From: Alphaproteobacteria bacterium
Lineage (GTDB): Bacteria; Pseudomonadota; Alphaproteobacteria; JABAAW01
Length of the DNA stretch: 62,790 nucleotides
Reading direction: 5' to 3'
NCBI GenBank assembly: GCA_014237925.1
Contig: JABACB010000002.1
Coordinates: 62,028 to 124,817 of the forward strand
The notes below the pieces were generated by a model. That model saw only the letters and a list, made by a program, of their open reading frames with translations. It did not search any database and was not told where the DNA came from. Below are positions 18,567 through 27,221 of this stretch, one piece after another. The position numbers and the translations under genes are program-made. Position 1 is the first letter of the stretch. The number at the start of each line of letters is the position of its first letter.

Positions 18567-19328
18567 TCAATCAACATTGGTTAGCGCCCAAAGCTTCTCT
18601 CCCACCGCTGCGCGCAGCTCTTTTGGCGCAACACGCTTATACGCGCCACGCGCAAGCTCTCCCAGCGCGAAAGGACCGAATCGTGTGCGCATCAAGCGCG
18701 AAACCCCGTATCCCAACGCCCCCATGATCTTTCTCAGTTCACGATTCTTTCCTTCTGTTAAAGTCACCTCCACCCAAAAGTTTGATTTTTGAGAAGCGTC
18801 CTTGGAAGCATGTCGAGGCTTCTTGAAGGTGACGCAAACGGGACGATAGCGCACACCCCCGATCTCGATACCTTGTCTGAGCTCCTTGAATCGCGCAAGT
18901 GACTGCTCGTCTTTCCTCCCGTACAAACGCAGGCGATAACAGCGCTTCCATGCGTTCTGCGGCAGCTCCAAATGTCGCGCGAGATCGCCCGAAGTTGTCA
19001 GCAACAGCAGCCCTTCGGAAATGAAATCAAGCCTTCCCACAGGTTTCAGCCGCGCTAGAGAAGCAGGCAGCAGGTCGGGCAAACAGACGCGCTGGCTTTT
19101 GTCTGTGCGTGCCGTCAAAACCTCGCGCGGCTTGTGGAACAGGTACAGCTCCAAGGGTTGCGCGCACGGCAAAGGAAAGCCGTCTAGCGTGACCTCTGCT
19201 CCATCCTCTACATCGTAGGCAGGCGAAGCGAGCGTCTTGCCAGAAACGGCGACCCGCCCGCTTAAAATCATCGCCTCCGCCTCGCGCCGAGACGCGACAC
19301 CGCTTTCGGCGATGCGCTTGGCAATCCT
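18567..19328 (-). CDS. rluB: 23S rRNA pseudouridine synthase, RluB/RsuA family with S4 domain (start unresolved)
   Basis: HKPREV, VGRLD catalytic motif, EGKNRE. The S4 start RIAKRIAESGVASRREAE lies upstream of ATG 19271. Confidence 0.88.
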   Translation of the reverse strand, partial: RIAKRIAESGVASRREAEAMILSGRVAVSGKTLASPAYDVEDGAEVTLDGFPLPCAQPLELYLFHKPREVLTARTDKSQRVCLPDLLPASLARLKPVGRLDFISEGLLLLTTSGDLARHLELPQNAWKRCYRLRLYGRKDEQSLARFKELRQGIEIGGVRYRPVCVTFKKPRHASKDASQKSNFWVEVTLTEGKNRELRKIMGALGYGVSRLMRTRFGPFALGELARGAYKRVAPKELRAAVGEKLWALTNVD

Positions 19329-19341
19329 TTTCGTGACTCGC

Positions 19342-20574
19342 TTAATAATTCGCTTCGTGACCTGCTTCGTGACTCGTTTGGTGATTCGTTTGACGATTCG
19401 TTTGGCGATTCGTTTGGCGAGCCGCGCCCTCCTTGCCGTCGTTCTTGTCGTCGTGCTTGGGCGAAAACGAACGAAAGGTCACATGTCCCATCTTTCGCCC
19501 TTTCCGCGTCTCGCGCTTGGCGTAGAGATGCAGCGCAGCCTCAGGGTCTTCCAAAAAGCGTCGATAGTCGCGCCACGAATCTCCCAGCAGGTTTACCATG
19601 CGCGCGGGCAGAACATGCTCTGTGCTTGCCAAAGGCCAGTCCAACACGGCGCGCAACAGCTGCTCGAACTGGCTTGCAGGAGCTGCGTCCAAAGTCCAGT
19701 GTCCCGAGTTGTGCGGTCTGGGCGCCATCTCGTTCGCCAACACCTCTCCCTCGCGCGTTGCGAAAAACTCGACCGCAAGCAACCCCACAACCCCCAACCG
19801 CTCCGCCAAAGTGCGCGTCCAGTCTTGCGCACGCGCGAGCATCGAGGCATCCAGCCTTGCTGGAACGCGGCTCTCGCGCAAAATGCCGTCTGCGTGAAAG
19901 TTTTCGGTTGCAGGAAAAAGGACGCACTCGCCGCACGCCGTGCGCGCTGCGATCAGCGAAAACTCCGATGCCAAGTCCGCCTTCTTCTCGACGATGGCGC
20001 ACACTTCGCCCTCCCCCAAAGTAATTCCTTTGGCGATTCCCGTGGCGATTCCTGTGGCGGTTCTTGTGGAGATCTTTCGCCAAGCCTCTGCGAGTTGTCC
20101 TCGTTCGACGATGTCGATCTGTCCTTTGCCGTCGTAGCCGCCGCGCGTGCGCTTCAACAACACGGGCAGCGCGAACTTTTCTGTCGCGCGTGTCAATTCT
20201 TCGAGACTGGAGACGGCTTGCCACGGCACGCTCGGCACGCCGCATTCGGCGAAAAAGGATTTTTCACGGATACGGTCTTGCGCGCACGCAAAGACGGAAG
20301 CCGAGGGGCAGAGCTTCGTGTGCGCCTCGACGGTTGCAAGCGCGGAGGCGGGAACATTTTCGAATTCGCAAGTGACGACATCGCAACGTCGGGCGAATCG
20401 TTTGAGCATCGTTTCGTCGTCGTATTCGGCGCGAAAGACAATCTGCGCCGTTTCGAAGGCGGGGGCGAGAGGTTCGGGTGCGAAGATAGCGGTCTTCAAC
20501 CCTAGCCGTGTTGCGGCTTGAGCTGTCATGCGCGCGAGCTGTCCGCCTCCGACGATGCCGACCAATGCCGTCAT
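19342..20574 (-). CDS. purK: N5-CAIR synthetase
   Basis: GIVGGGQLARM, TCEFENVP, GYDGKGQ, NEMAPRPHNSGHWT, SQFEQ, RKMGHVT. Confidence 0.97.
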   Translation of the reverse strand: MTALVGIVGGGQLARMTAQAATRLGLKTAIFAPEPLAPAFETAQIVFRAEYDDETMLKRFARRCDVVTCEFENVPASALATVEAHTKLCPSASVFACAQDRIREKSFFAECGVPSVPWQAVSSLEELTRATEKFALPVLLKRTRGGYDGKGQIDIVERGQLAEAWRKISTRTATGIATGIAKGITLGEGEVCAIVEKKADLASEFSLIAARTACGECVLFPATENFHADGILRESRVPARLDASMLARAQDWTRTLAERLGVVGLLAVEFFATREGEVLANEMAPRPHNSGHWTLDAAPASQFEQLLRAVLDWPLASTEHVLPARMVNLLGDSWRDYRRFLEDPEAALHLYAKRETRKGRKMGHVTFRSFSPKHDDKNDGKEGAARQTNRQTNRQTNHQTSHEAGHEANY

Positions 20575-20607
20575 TGCTGCCGTCGACCTTGATGCCAACC
20601 TTGATGA

Positions 20608-21231
20608 TTAGGCGCGGACAGGGATCTGATCGTCGTCGGGAGGTGTCGAAGAGCCGTTAAAACGCGCGGCGTCGAGACGCGTGGCGTCGAGACGCGTGGC
20701 GTCGAAACGCGCGGCGTCGAGACGCGCGGCGTCGAGAGGAGAGCTGTTATCTGTGGGCGTGAGCGGAACTTTCTTTGTCTGCTCTGCGCGAAAGTGTCGC
20801 AAACGTTCCTTCAATTCCGCATCATTGCCCGCCAAGACGGCGATGGCGAATAGGGCTGCGTTGGCAGCTCCTCCGATGGAAAGGGTTGCGACCGGCACGC
20901 CGCGCGGCATTTGCACAATCGACAGCAGCGCGTCGAGTCCGTCCAAGGCGTCGCTTTTGATCGGCACGCCGAAGACGGGCAGCAGTGTTTCGGCAGCCAG
21001 CATCCCGGGCAGGTGCGCAGCCCCTCCTGCGCCGGCGATGACGGCTCGGATACCGCGTCGTTCGGCGTTGCGCGCGTAATCGCGCAGGCGCTCAGGCGTG
21101 CGATGCGCGGACAAGATGCGTTCTTCGCACGGCACAGAAAATTGTGTCAAAACTTCGACAGCCTCGTTCATCGTGGGATAATCCGAACGACTGCCCATGA
21201 CGACGGCGACTTGGGGTGCTTTGTTTTCCAT
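20608..21231 (-). CDS. purE: N5-CAIR mutase
   Basis: MGSRSD, SAHRTP, AGAGGAAHLPGM, SIVQMPRGVPVAT. Confidence 0.98.
   Translation of the reverse strand: MENKAPQVAVVMGSRSDYPTMNEAVEVLTQFSVPCEERILSAHRTPERLRDYARNAERRGIRAVIAGAGGAAHLPGMLAAETLLPVFGVPIKSDALDGLDALLSIVQMPRGVPVATLSIGGAANAALFAIAVLAGNDAELKERLRHFRAEQTKKVPLTPTDNSSPLDAARLDAARFDATRLDATRLDAARFNGSSTPPDDDQIPVRA
20660..20734. repeat. 15-bp tandem repeat x5 encoding an (LDAAR)n tail of PurE
   Basis: Units A(A/G)ACGCG(C/T)GGCGTCG. Confidence 0.93.
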
Positions 21232-21357
21232 TTGTTACCTAAACGAGTGTCCCGTATCGGTATTCTACACTTTTTCGGGGTTTGTGTATGTTGGATGTTT
21301 TGCTTACGCAAGGAGTGCGCCAGGGAGTGCGCCAGGGAGTGCCGCTTGTGTTTTCCT

Positions 21358-22581
21358 CTATAGTAGCGCGTGCGCCCTCGCCAGCATCTCTTCCAGACGC
21401 GATGCCGTTCTCTGAAACTCTTTCGCATGACTCTCTCCGCCGTACAGCCTACGCGGCGAAACAGCCGCAGTGTGACACAGCACAAGCGCGCGCTGCTGGT
21501 AAAACAGATCGACCAAACGCATGAAACGCTTCGCAGCATTGCGTTGCCTCTCGTCCAAAACAGGAAAATCCGCCAAAAACAACACATCGCAACGAGCAAG
21601 CAAGATGCCGTAGTCTCGAACGCCACGCGGGCTTTGACACAAATCGGCGAAGCCACAGCACACGACTCCCCTCGTCAATCCCCTCGTGCGCAACCTTTCG
21701 GAAGGCGTGCCTGTGCGTAGCAGCAGAATCGGACGACCCTCGCACGCCAAGCGCCGATTCTCGTCCTGCGCGTCTGTAAAGCGCGCGAATGTGTCGAGCA
21801 TGCGTTTTTCTCCCTCTTCCCCCCGAAACCACAGGTCTCTGCCCTGCCGAGCCAGCGCGAGCGAGCGGTAGTCTGCCTTGCTACGCACTTGCAACGAGAC
21901 GACAGCTTGACGCAACAATGCGAGGAAAGGGAGGAAGTTGTCGCGCTTGAAGCCGTCCTTGTACAGATCGTCGGGGGCGAAGTTGGAGGTTGCAACTAGC
22001 ACGACATCGCGTTCTGCAAGCTCCGCAAACAACCGTCCGAGCAGCATGGCGTCCGCGATATCCTCGACGACAAACTCGTCGAAGCAAAGCAAGCGGCTTT
22101 CTTTGGCAACGCGCGCCGCCAAGCGCACCACGGGATCACGACGATCGCGCGAATCGCTGTTGTTGAGACGCTCGATCGCTGCGTGCATCTCTTGCATGAA
22201 AGGGAGGAAATGCGTGCGACGGCGCGTCAGCGATGCGAGCGCAGGCGAAGCCTCGATGCCTTGGAAGAACATGTCCATCAGCATGCTCTTGCCGCTGCCG
22301 GGCTTGCCCCACAGGTAGAGTCCGCGCAAAGCCTTGTTGCCACGCGGCTTGTCGAAGGTTTTGCCGAAGGGTTTGCCGAAGATTTTGTCGAAGATCAGGT
22401 GTTTCCAAAAACGACGCCCCCCGTACAGCGCGATCAAACGCTCGTGCAGAAGGTCCAAGGCTGCGGCAGCTTGCGTTTGCGCGGGATCGGGTTGCAACCT
22501 CCCCTGCGCCACGCTTTGTTGCAAGACGGCTTCGAGGCTTTGTTCCCTATGCGCTTTCTTAGGCGAAGGGGTCGCGGACAA
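21358..22581 (-). CDS. zapE: Cell division ATPase ZapE (AFG1 family)
   Basis: [48 protein letters not shown]. Confidence 0.94.
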   Translation of the reverse strand: MSATPSPKKAHREQSLEAVLQQSVAQGRLQPDPAQTQAAAALDLLHERLIALYGGRRFWKHLIFDKIFGKPFGKTFDKPRGNKALRGLYLWGKPGSGKSMLMDMFFQGIEASPALASLTRRRTHFLPFMQEMHAAIERLNNSDSRDRRDPVVRLAARVAKESRLLCFDEFVVEDIADAMLLGRLFAELAERDVVLVATSNFAPDDLYKDGFKRDNFLPFLALLRQAVVSLQVRSKADYRSLALARQGRDLWFRGEEGEKRMLDTFARFTDAQDENRRLACEGRPILLLRTGTPSERLRTRGLTRGVVCCGFADLCQSPRGVRDYGILLARCDVLFLADFPVLDERQRNAAKRFMRLVDLFYQQRALVLCHTAAVSPRRLYGGESHAKEFQRTASRLEEMLARAHALL

Positions 22582-23839
22582 GGATCACATCCTCGCGCTT
22601 CGGACTGGTCGAAAGCATGGTGACAGGACGCGCGATCAGCTCTTCGATGCGACGCACATACTTGATCGCCTGCGCGGGCAAGTCTGCCCATCGCCGTGCA
22701 CCCTTCGTCGATTCGCGCCATCCCTCCATCGTTTCGAAGACGGGTTCGATGCGCGTCTGCAGGAAAGGATGCGGCGGCAGACGCGTCCAAGTTTCTCCGT
22801 CGATACGATACTCGGTGCATATTTTGATCTCGTCGAAGTCGTCGAGCACATCCATCTTCGTCAGCGCGATTCCGTCGATACCGCCGACGATGCCCGCCTG
22901 TCGCACCAGCACCGCATCGAACCATCCGCAGCGTCGCTTGCGCTGCGTCACGGTGCCGAATTCATGTCCGCGCATGCCCAAACATTCGCCGATGGCGTTG
23001 TTCTGCTCGCTGGGGAAGGGTCCCAGTCCGACGCGTGTCGTGTAAGCTTTGGTGATTCCCAAGACGAACCCCGTGCGTGTTGCGGCGACGCCGCTGCTGC
23101 AGGCGGCTTGCGCCGGCAGCGTCTGCGACGAGGTCACATAGGGAAATGTGCCGTGGTCGAGGTCGAGGTGGATGCCTTGTGCGCCTTCGAACAAAATTTG
23201 CGCGTGGTGTCGCCTTTCAAAAACTTGCCAGACGGGCTGCGCAAACGCCAGCAGGGCTTCCGCCGCCTGCTCCAAAGGCTCCAGCAGCTCTTGGAGGGTC
23301 GGCACATCGAGACGCGCTGCCTCCAAGAAGGGCTTGTGATGCTCCAGCAGAGCTTCCATCCGCATGCGCAGGTAGCCCTTGTCGGCGAGATCGCAGAGGC
23401 GAAGCCCGCGCCGCGCCGCGCGGTCGGCGTAAGCAGGGCCGATGCCGCGCAAGGTCGTGCCGATCCCGCTGCCGCTGGCTTGCTCCTGCTGCTGCTCGAT
23501 CAAACGATGCAGCGGCAGAATCAACGCCGCGTTCTCCGCGATCACAAGGTTGTGCGGCGAAATCGCAATGCCGCGCGCTCGAAGCTCGGTGATCTCTTCC
23601 AGAAGCGCCTGCGGATCGATCACGACACCGCTTGCAATCACCGCGAGCTTGTTCTTGCGTACGATCCCCGAAGGCAGAAGACGAAGCTTGTAGGTCTCGC
23701 CGTCGATCACCAGCGTATGCCCCGCGTTGTGACCGCCTTGGAAACGCACGATGATCTCGGCGCGTTCCGAAAGCCAGTCGACGATCTTTCCCTTCCCCTC
23801 GTCGCCCCATTGCGTTCCCACGACCGTCACGCAGTTCAT
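22559..23839 (-). CDS. purA: Adenylosuccinate synthetase
   Basis: [47 protein letters not shown]. Confidence 0.98.
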   Translation of the reverse strand: MNCVTVVGTQWGDEGKGKIVDWLSERAEIIVRFQGGHNAGHTLVIDGETYKLRLLPSGIVRKNKLAVIASGVVIDPQALLEEITELRARGIAISPHNLVIAENAALILPLHRLIEQQQEQASGSGIGTTLRGIGPAYADRAARRGLRLCDLADKGYLRMRMEALLEHHKPFLEAARLDVPTLQELLEPLEQAAEALLAFAQPVWQVFERRHHAQILFEGAQGIHLDLDHGTFPYVTSSQTLPAQAACSSGVAATRTGFVLGITKAYTTRVGLGPFPSEQNNAIGECLGMRGHEFGTVTQRKRRCGWFDAVLVRQAGIVGGIDGIALTKMDVLDDFDEIKICTEYRIDGETWTRLPPHPFLQTRIEPVFETMEGWRESTKGARRWADLPAQAIKYVRRIEELIARPVTMLSTSPKREDVILVRDPFA

Positions 23840-24969
23840 GACAACTCCTGCAGGGTGTCGTCGGCGTGCAACACTTGTGCGCAGCCGTTGTCTTCGGCAG
23901 CGCGCAAGGTCTCTGCGCGCGATTGCTCGCACAAGGCTTGGACGACGACGGCTCCTTCGTCTCGGTGTCGTCGCACGGTCTCGCGCTTTGCGTTGTTTGT
24001 GGCGTAGATGCGATGGCGAGGAATCGGGGAGGCGACCGCCTCTGCCAGCGTATCGAGGTAGAAGGAGCAACCGCAGGCGGGTTCGGGCGAGCGATAGCTG
24101 CCGCCGCGTCCCAACGCGCCGCGCGCACCTTCGCATAACAAGGTGAAGGCGAAGGAGTCGTGATAGAAAAACCCTCGCGTCTCGACAGGATCGATCGTCA
24201 AGGCAAGCGTATCGGGCAAGTCGGCAGCTGCTACGGTCTGTTCCACCGCAAGCCACAGATCAGAGAGCGTCGCAAGGAGGGGTTGCTGCTCGCTCAATCT
24301 TTTCAAGGCGCACAGCGTCGTATGCACCTCCCCCCTCAGCGCGAGCAGCGAACGGCAGGCTTGTGCCAACTCTTTGCTGGCAAGTTTGTCCAACGATTCC
24401 TTGTTGCGGACGGCAAAACTTTCTGCCAGCAATGTGCGCTGTTCTTCGTCCAAGTCGTGCGCCTCGGAGAGCTTCTGTACGATCGAAGGCGTTGCAATCT
24501 CGACGATCGGTTGTCGGACACCGCAACGGGTCAAGGAGCGGGCGGCAAGCGTCAGAATCTCGGCGTAGGCGCTCGGCGATTCTGCTCCGAACTGCTCGCA
24601 TCCCAGCTGCGAGAACTGACGACGCGGCTTGGCTGCGCTCGTGCGCGTACGAAGGCTCGTTCCCGCGTAAGAGAGGCGCAAAGGACGCGGCTGTCGGCGG
24701 AGGCGTGTTGCTGCCAGTCGCGCGGTTTGCATCGTCATGTCGCATCGAATCGCCATCATGCGTTGCGTTGCCGAATCGACGACGCGAAAGCAGTGTTCGT
24801 TGTGCGCTCGCCGCATGCTGTGAGCAAGCAGCGAATCCTCGTACTCGACCAACGAAGGGGCGATGCGTCGATAGCCGAAGCTTTCGAGCAACGACAAGAG
24901 GTTCTGCTCCAAGGATTGCTCGCGTTCGACCTGACCTTCCAGCAGGTCGTAGAAACCTTCGGGCAACAA
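23836..24969 (-). CDS. hisZ: ATP phosphoribosyltransferase regulatory subunit
   Basis: [35 protein letters not shown]; directly upstream of purA; TTG start. Confidence 0.9.
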   Translation of the reverse strand: MLPEGFYDLLEGQVEREQSLEQNLLSLLESFGYRRIAPSLVEYEDSLLAHSMRRAHNEHCFRVVDSATQRMMAIRCDMTMQTARLAATRLRRQPRPLRLSYAGTSLRTRTSAAKPRRQFSQLGCEQFGAESPSAYAEILTLAARSLTRCGVRQPIVEIATPSIVQKLSEAHDLDEEQRTLLAESFAVRNKESLDKLASKELAQACRSLLALRGEVHTTLCALKRLSEQQPLLATLSDLWLAVEQTVAAADLPDTLALTIDPVETRGFFYHDSFAFTLLCEGARGALGRGGSYRSPEPACGCSFYLDTLAEAVASPIPRHRIYATNNAKRETVRRHRDEGAVVVQALCEQSRAETLRAAEDNGCAQVLHADDTLQELS

Positions 24970-24983
24970 GGCTTGTACCTAGG

Positions 24984-25469
24984 CTAGAGAGAGCGCAGAT
25001 TTTCGCCGGGCACGGCGTAGGCTTGAATGCGCGCCGTCAGCGGTGCGCAGAAGAGCAGGATTTGGACGACCAGCGCCAAAACCCTGGAAAGATACGACTC
25101 CTCGATCTTTCCCTCCAACGCCCCCTCGCAAACAAGACAGATCATTTGACGCGGCGTAACATGATAGCGGACAGGAAACGCCTGCAACGCAGCCTCGGCG
25201 TTCGCTTCTTCGATCGTCGCAAGCGTCTTGTGACGACGCAGACTTCCCGACTCTACGGAATAGGCGACATAACCCACAAAGCCCAGCAAACGCAGACGAT
25301 TCTCGCCGCGTTGCTCAAGCATGTAGCTCGTGTTGTTGTGAAAAAAGCCGAACAGCGAGGGCTGACGAACAATAATCTGACCATAGGTGTTCGCGCGCAC
25401 AGCCTGCAGGAGCGAGAAAACATCGCCGAGCGAGTGAGAAGAAGGACGATCAACAGAAAAAGACGACAC
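24984..25469 (-). CDS. Hypothetical protein (161 aa), possibly YbjN/T3SS-chaperone-like fold
   Basis: Fills the gap exactly and is co-oriented with its neighbours. The fold guess is a weak by-eye resemblance. Confidence 0.5.
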   Translation of the reverse strand: MSSFSVDRPSSHSLGDVFSLLQAVRANTYGQIIVRQPSLFGFFHNNTSYMLEQRGENRLRLLGFVGYVAYSVESGSLRRHKTLATIEEANAEAALQAFPVRYHVTPRQMICLVCEGALEGKIEESYLSRVLALVVQILLFCAPLTARIQAYAVPGENLRSL

Positions 25470-25560
25470 GGAAAACCTTTGCGGAAAACTCTTGCGAAAA
25501 ATTCTTGCGGAAAACTTTTGCGAAAAACTCTTGCGAAAAATTCTTGCGAAAAGCTCTTGC
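25470..25560. repeat. Intergenic 13-bp tandem repeat x7 (G(G/A)AAAACTCTTGC)
   Basis: Seven units read at exact 13-bp period. Confidence 0.95.
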
Positions 25561-25580
25561 GCAAGAAAAGAACGCGTCCG

Positions 25581-26198
25581 CTATTGTAACAACGGAAGAA
25601 GCTTTTCTTCAAGAGATTTGATGTCGGCATCGGAGCTGCCGAACAGCACTTTCGCCTCTCTCAGCTGTCGTCGCACGCGCTGTTTGTCCTTGTCGTTCAA
25701 GGGGGATCCCAGCAAAACGGCGACGGACGAGGCAAGCCATGCTTTCTGTCGCGTGAGACCGACATGGCGTTCCTCCGCCTGCTCCAGTGCCGCATGCGCG
25801 TTGTCCTTGTCGCCGAGCACGACTTCCGCGCGCGCCAAGCGCAGCCACTCCTGCGGCGCTCCGCCGTTGCGGTACAACCTTTCCGAAAGGGACGCCACCA
25901 TCGCACGAATACGCTGCGCACGCTCTTCGGGCGAAAGCGCGGCGAAAGTCTTCTCGGCTTCTTTCGCCACTGCATCGACAGGACGCTCTTTTGTCAGCGC
26001 GCGTGCCGTGCGTTGTTGCAAGGGGTGGTCGGGAAGCCAAATGTGTCCAAGGTGCGCGTACAGCACCAACGAAAGCCCCGGCAAAAACAATCCCAAGCCT
26101 ATCGTCGCCAGCAATCGTCTCCCTTTCGGCAGCGCCATAGCGAGAGCTGCCAGCAAAAGAAGGTTTGCGCATAAGAAAAACAGCAGCATAGCCTTCAT
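25581..26198 (-). CDS. ccmI: Cytochrome c biogenesis protein CcmI/CycH (short form)
   Basis: Two TM helices, SLVLYAHLG..LPDHP, TPR-like WLRLARAEVVLGD; last gene of the ccm operon. Confidence 0.82.
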   Translation of the reverse strand: MKAMLLFFLCANLLLLAALAMALPKGRRLLATIGLGLFLPGLSLVLYAHLGHIWLPDHPLQQRTARALTKERPVDAVAKEAEKTFAALSPEERAQRIRAMVASLSERLYRNGGAPQEWLRLARAEVVLGDKDNAHAALEQAEERHVGLTRQKAWLASSVAVLLGSPLNDKDKQRVRRQLREAKVLFGSSDADIKSLEEKLLPLLQ

Positions 26199-26220
26199 GC
26201 GACAAGTCTCAACGCAAGAA

Positions 26221-26658
26221 TCAACGAAGACGGCGGCTGTTCAAATAGGAACGCAGCACACCGAGAGCGACGAGCAGGCACAGCACGGGCGCGAGCCACA
26301 GCAACATTGCCGAAGCGAAGCGCGGTCTTAGAAGAACCCCTTCGCCGTAGCGTTCGACCAGCCACGACAACGCTTCTTCCTCGCTTTTTCCTGCAACAAT
26401 TTGTGTCCGCAGCTCCTCTCTGATAATACGGCTGAGCGGCGCCTCCGATTCCGAGATGGGTTGCGCAGGGCAGACGGGACAGCGAATCTGGCGATAGAGC
26501 GATTGCAAGCGGCGGTCGAGCGCCTCATCCGAAAGGCTCGAAACATCGCCTTGCACCGCAGCGCCGCTCGCAGCAAAAAACGCGAGCGTAGCGAGTGCCG
26601 CAAGAAAAGAGAACAACGCCAATGCCGTCGATGTTGAACGCATCGCAAAAAAGCTCAA
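26221..26658 (-). CDS. ccmH: Cytochrome c biogenesis protein CcmH/CycL
   Basis: IRCPVC..QPISES, VERYGEGVLLRP, LLWLAP. Confidence 0.92.
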   Translation of the reverse strand: MSFFAMRSTSTALALFSFLAALATLAFFAASGAAVQGDVSSLSDEALDRRLQSLYRQIRCPVCPAQPISESEAPLSRIIREELRTQIVAGKSEEEALSWLVERYGEGVLLRPRFASAMLLWLAPVLCLLVALGVLRSYLNSRRLR

Positions 26659-27221
26659 AGGTTAGGGTTGACCTTAATCGCCTCCAAACCTTTGCGGAGG
26701 CTTTCGCGCGTCAGAGGTCCTGTGTGGACAAAACGAATCGTTCCCGATCTGTCCAAGAAGAAGGTTTCGGGAATTCCGGCGATGCCCCATTCCAGACCCG
26801 CTTTGCTGTCGGAATCAACGCCGACAAGAAAAAACGGATTGCCGTGCTGACGCAGCCATGTTTGCGCCTTGTCGCCGCTGTCACGCCAGGCGATGCCGAA
26901 GACGCTCACTTGGCTGTTGTCCGACAATTCCATCAACAGAGGATGCTCGGCGAGGCAGGGCTGACACCAACTGGCGAAAAAGTTCACGACGAAAGGCGAA
27001 CCCTGCGAGGTGAGAACGCTGTCGCTCATCACCGCCATGTTGGTCACGCTCTCTTCGGCGAGCGCCGGAATACGAAAGCGCGGCGTGGCGCGCATTCGGC
27101 TCTCGGTGATTCTGCGAAGCGACATGCTCTTCTTTCCCTCCATCAGCTCGGGCAAGAAGAAGTAGCCCAGAAAGCTTACGACGGCTGCGAAAGCCAAGAG
27201 GGGAATCAGGGAGTATCTCAT
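26655..27221 (-). CDS. ccmG: Thiol:disulfide oxidoreductase CcmG/DsbE
   Basis: NFFASWCQPCLAEHP, WGIAGIPETFFLD; ATGA overlap with ccmF. Confidence 0.95.
   Translation of the reverse strand: MRYSLIPLLAFAAVVSFLGYFFLPELMEGKKSMSLRRITESRMRATPRFRIPALAEESVTNMAVMSDSVLTSQGSPFVVNFFASWCQPCLAEHPLLMELSDNSQVSVFGIAWRDSGDKAQTWLRQHGNPFFLVGVDSDSKAGLEWGIAGIPETFFLDRSGTIRFVHTGPLTRESLRKGLEAIKVNPNL

Noticed and set aside
25470-25560. CRISPR array (also considered for 14669-14800 and 49182-49436)
   Set aside because: The units are directly adjacent with no unique spacers, their sizes do not fit, and there are no cas genes.
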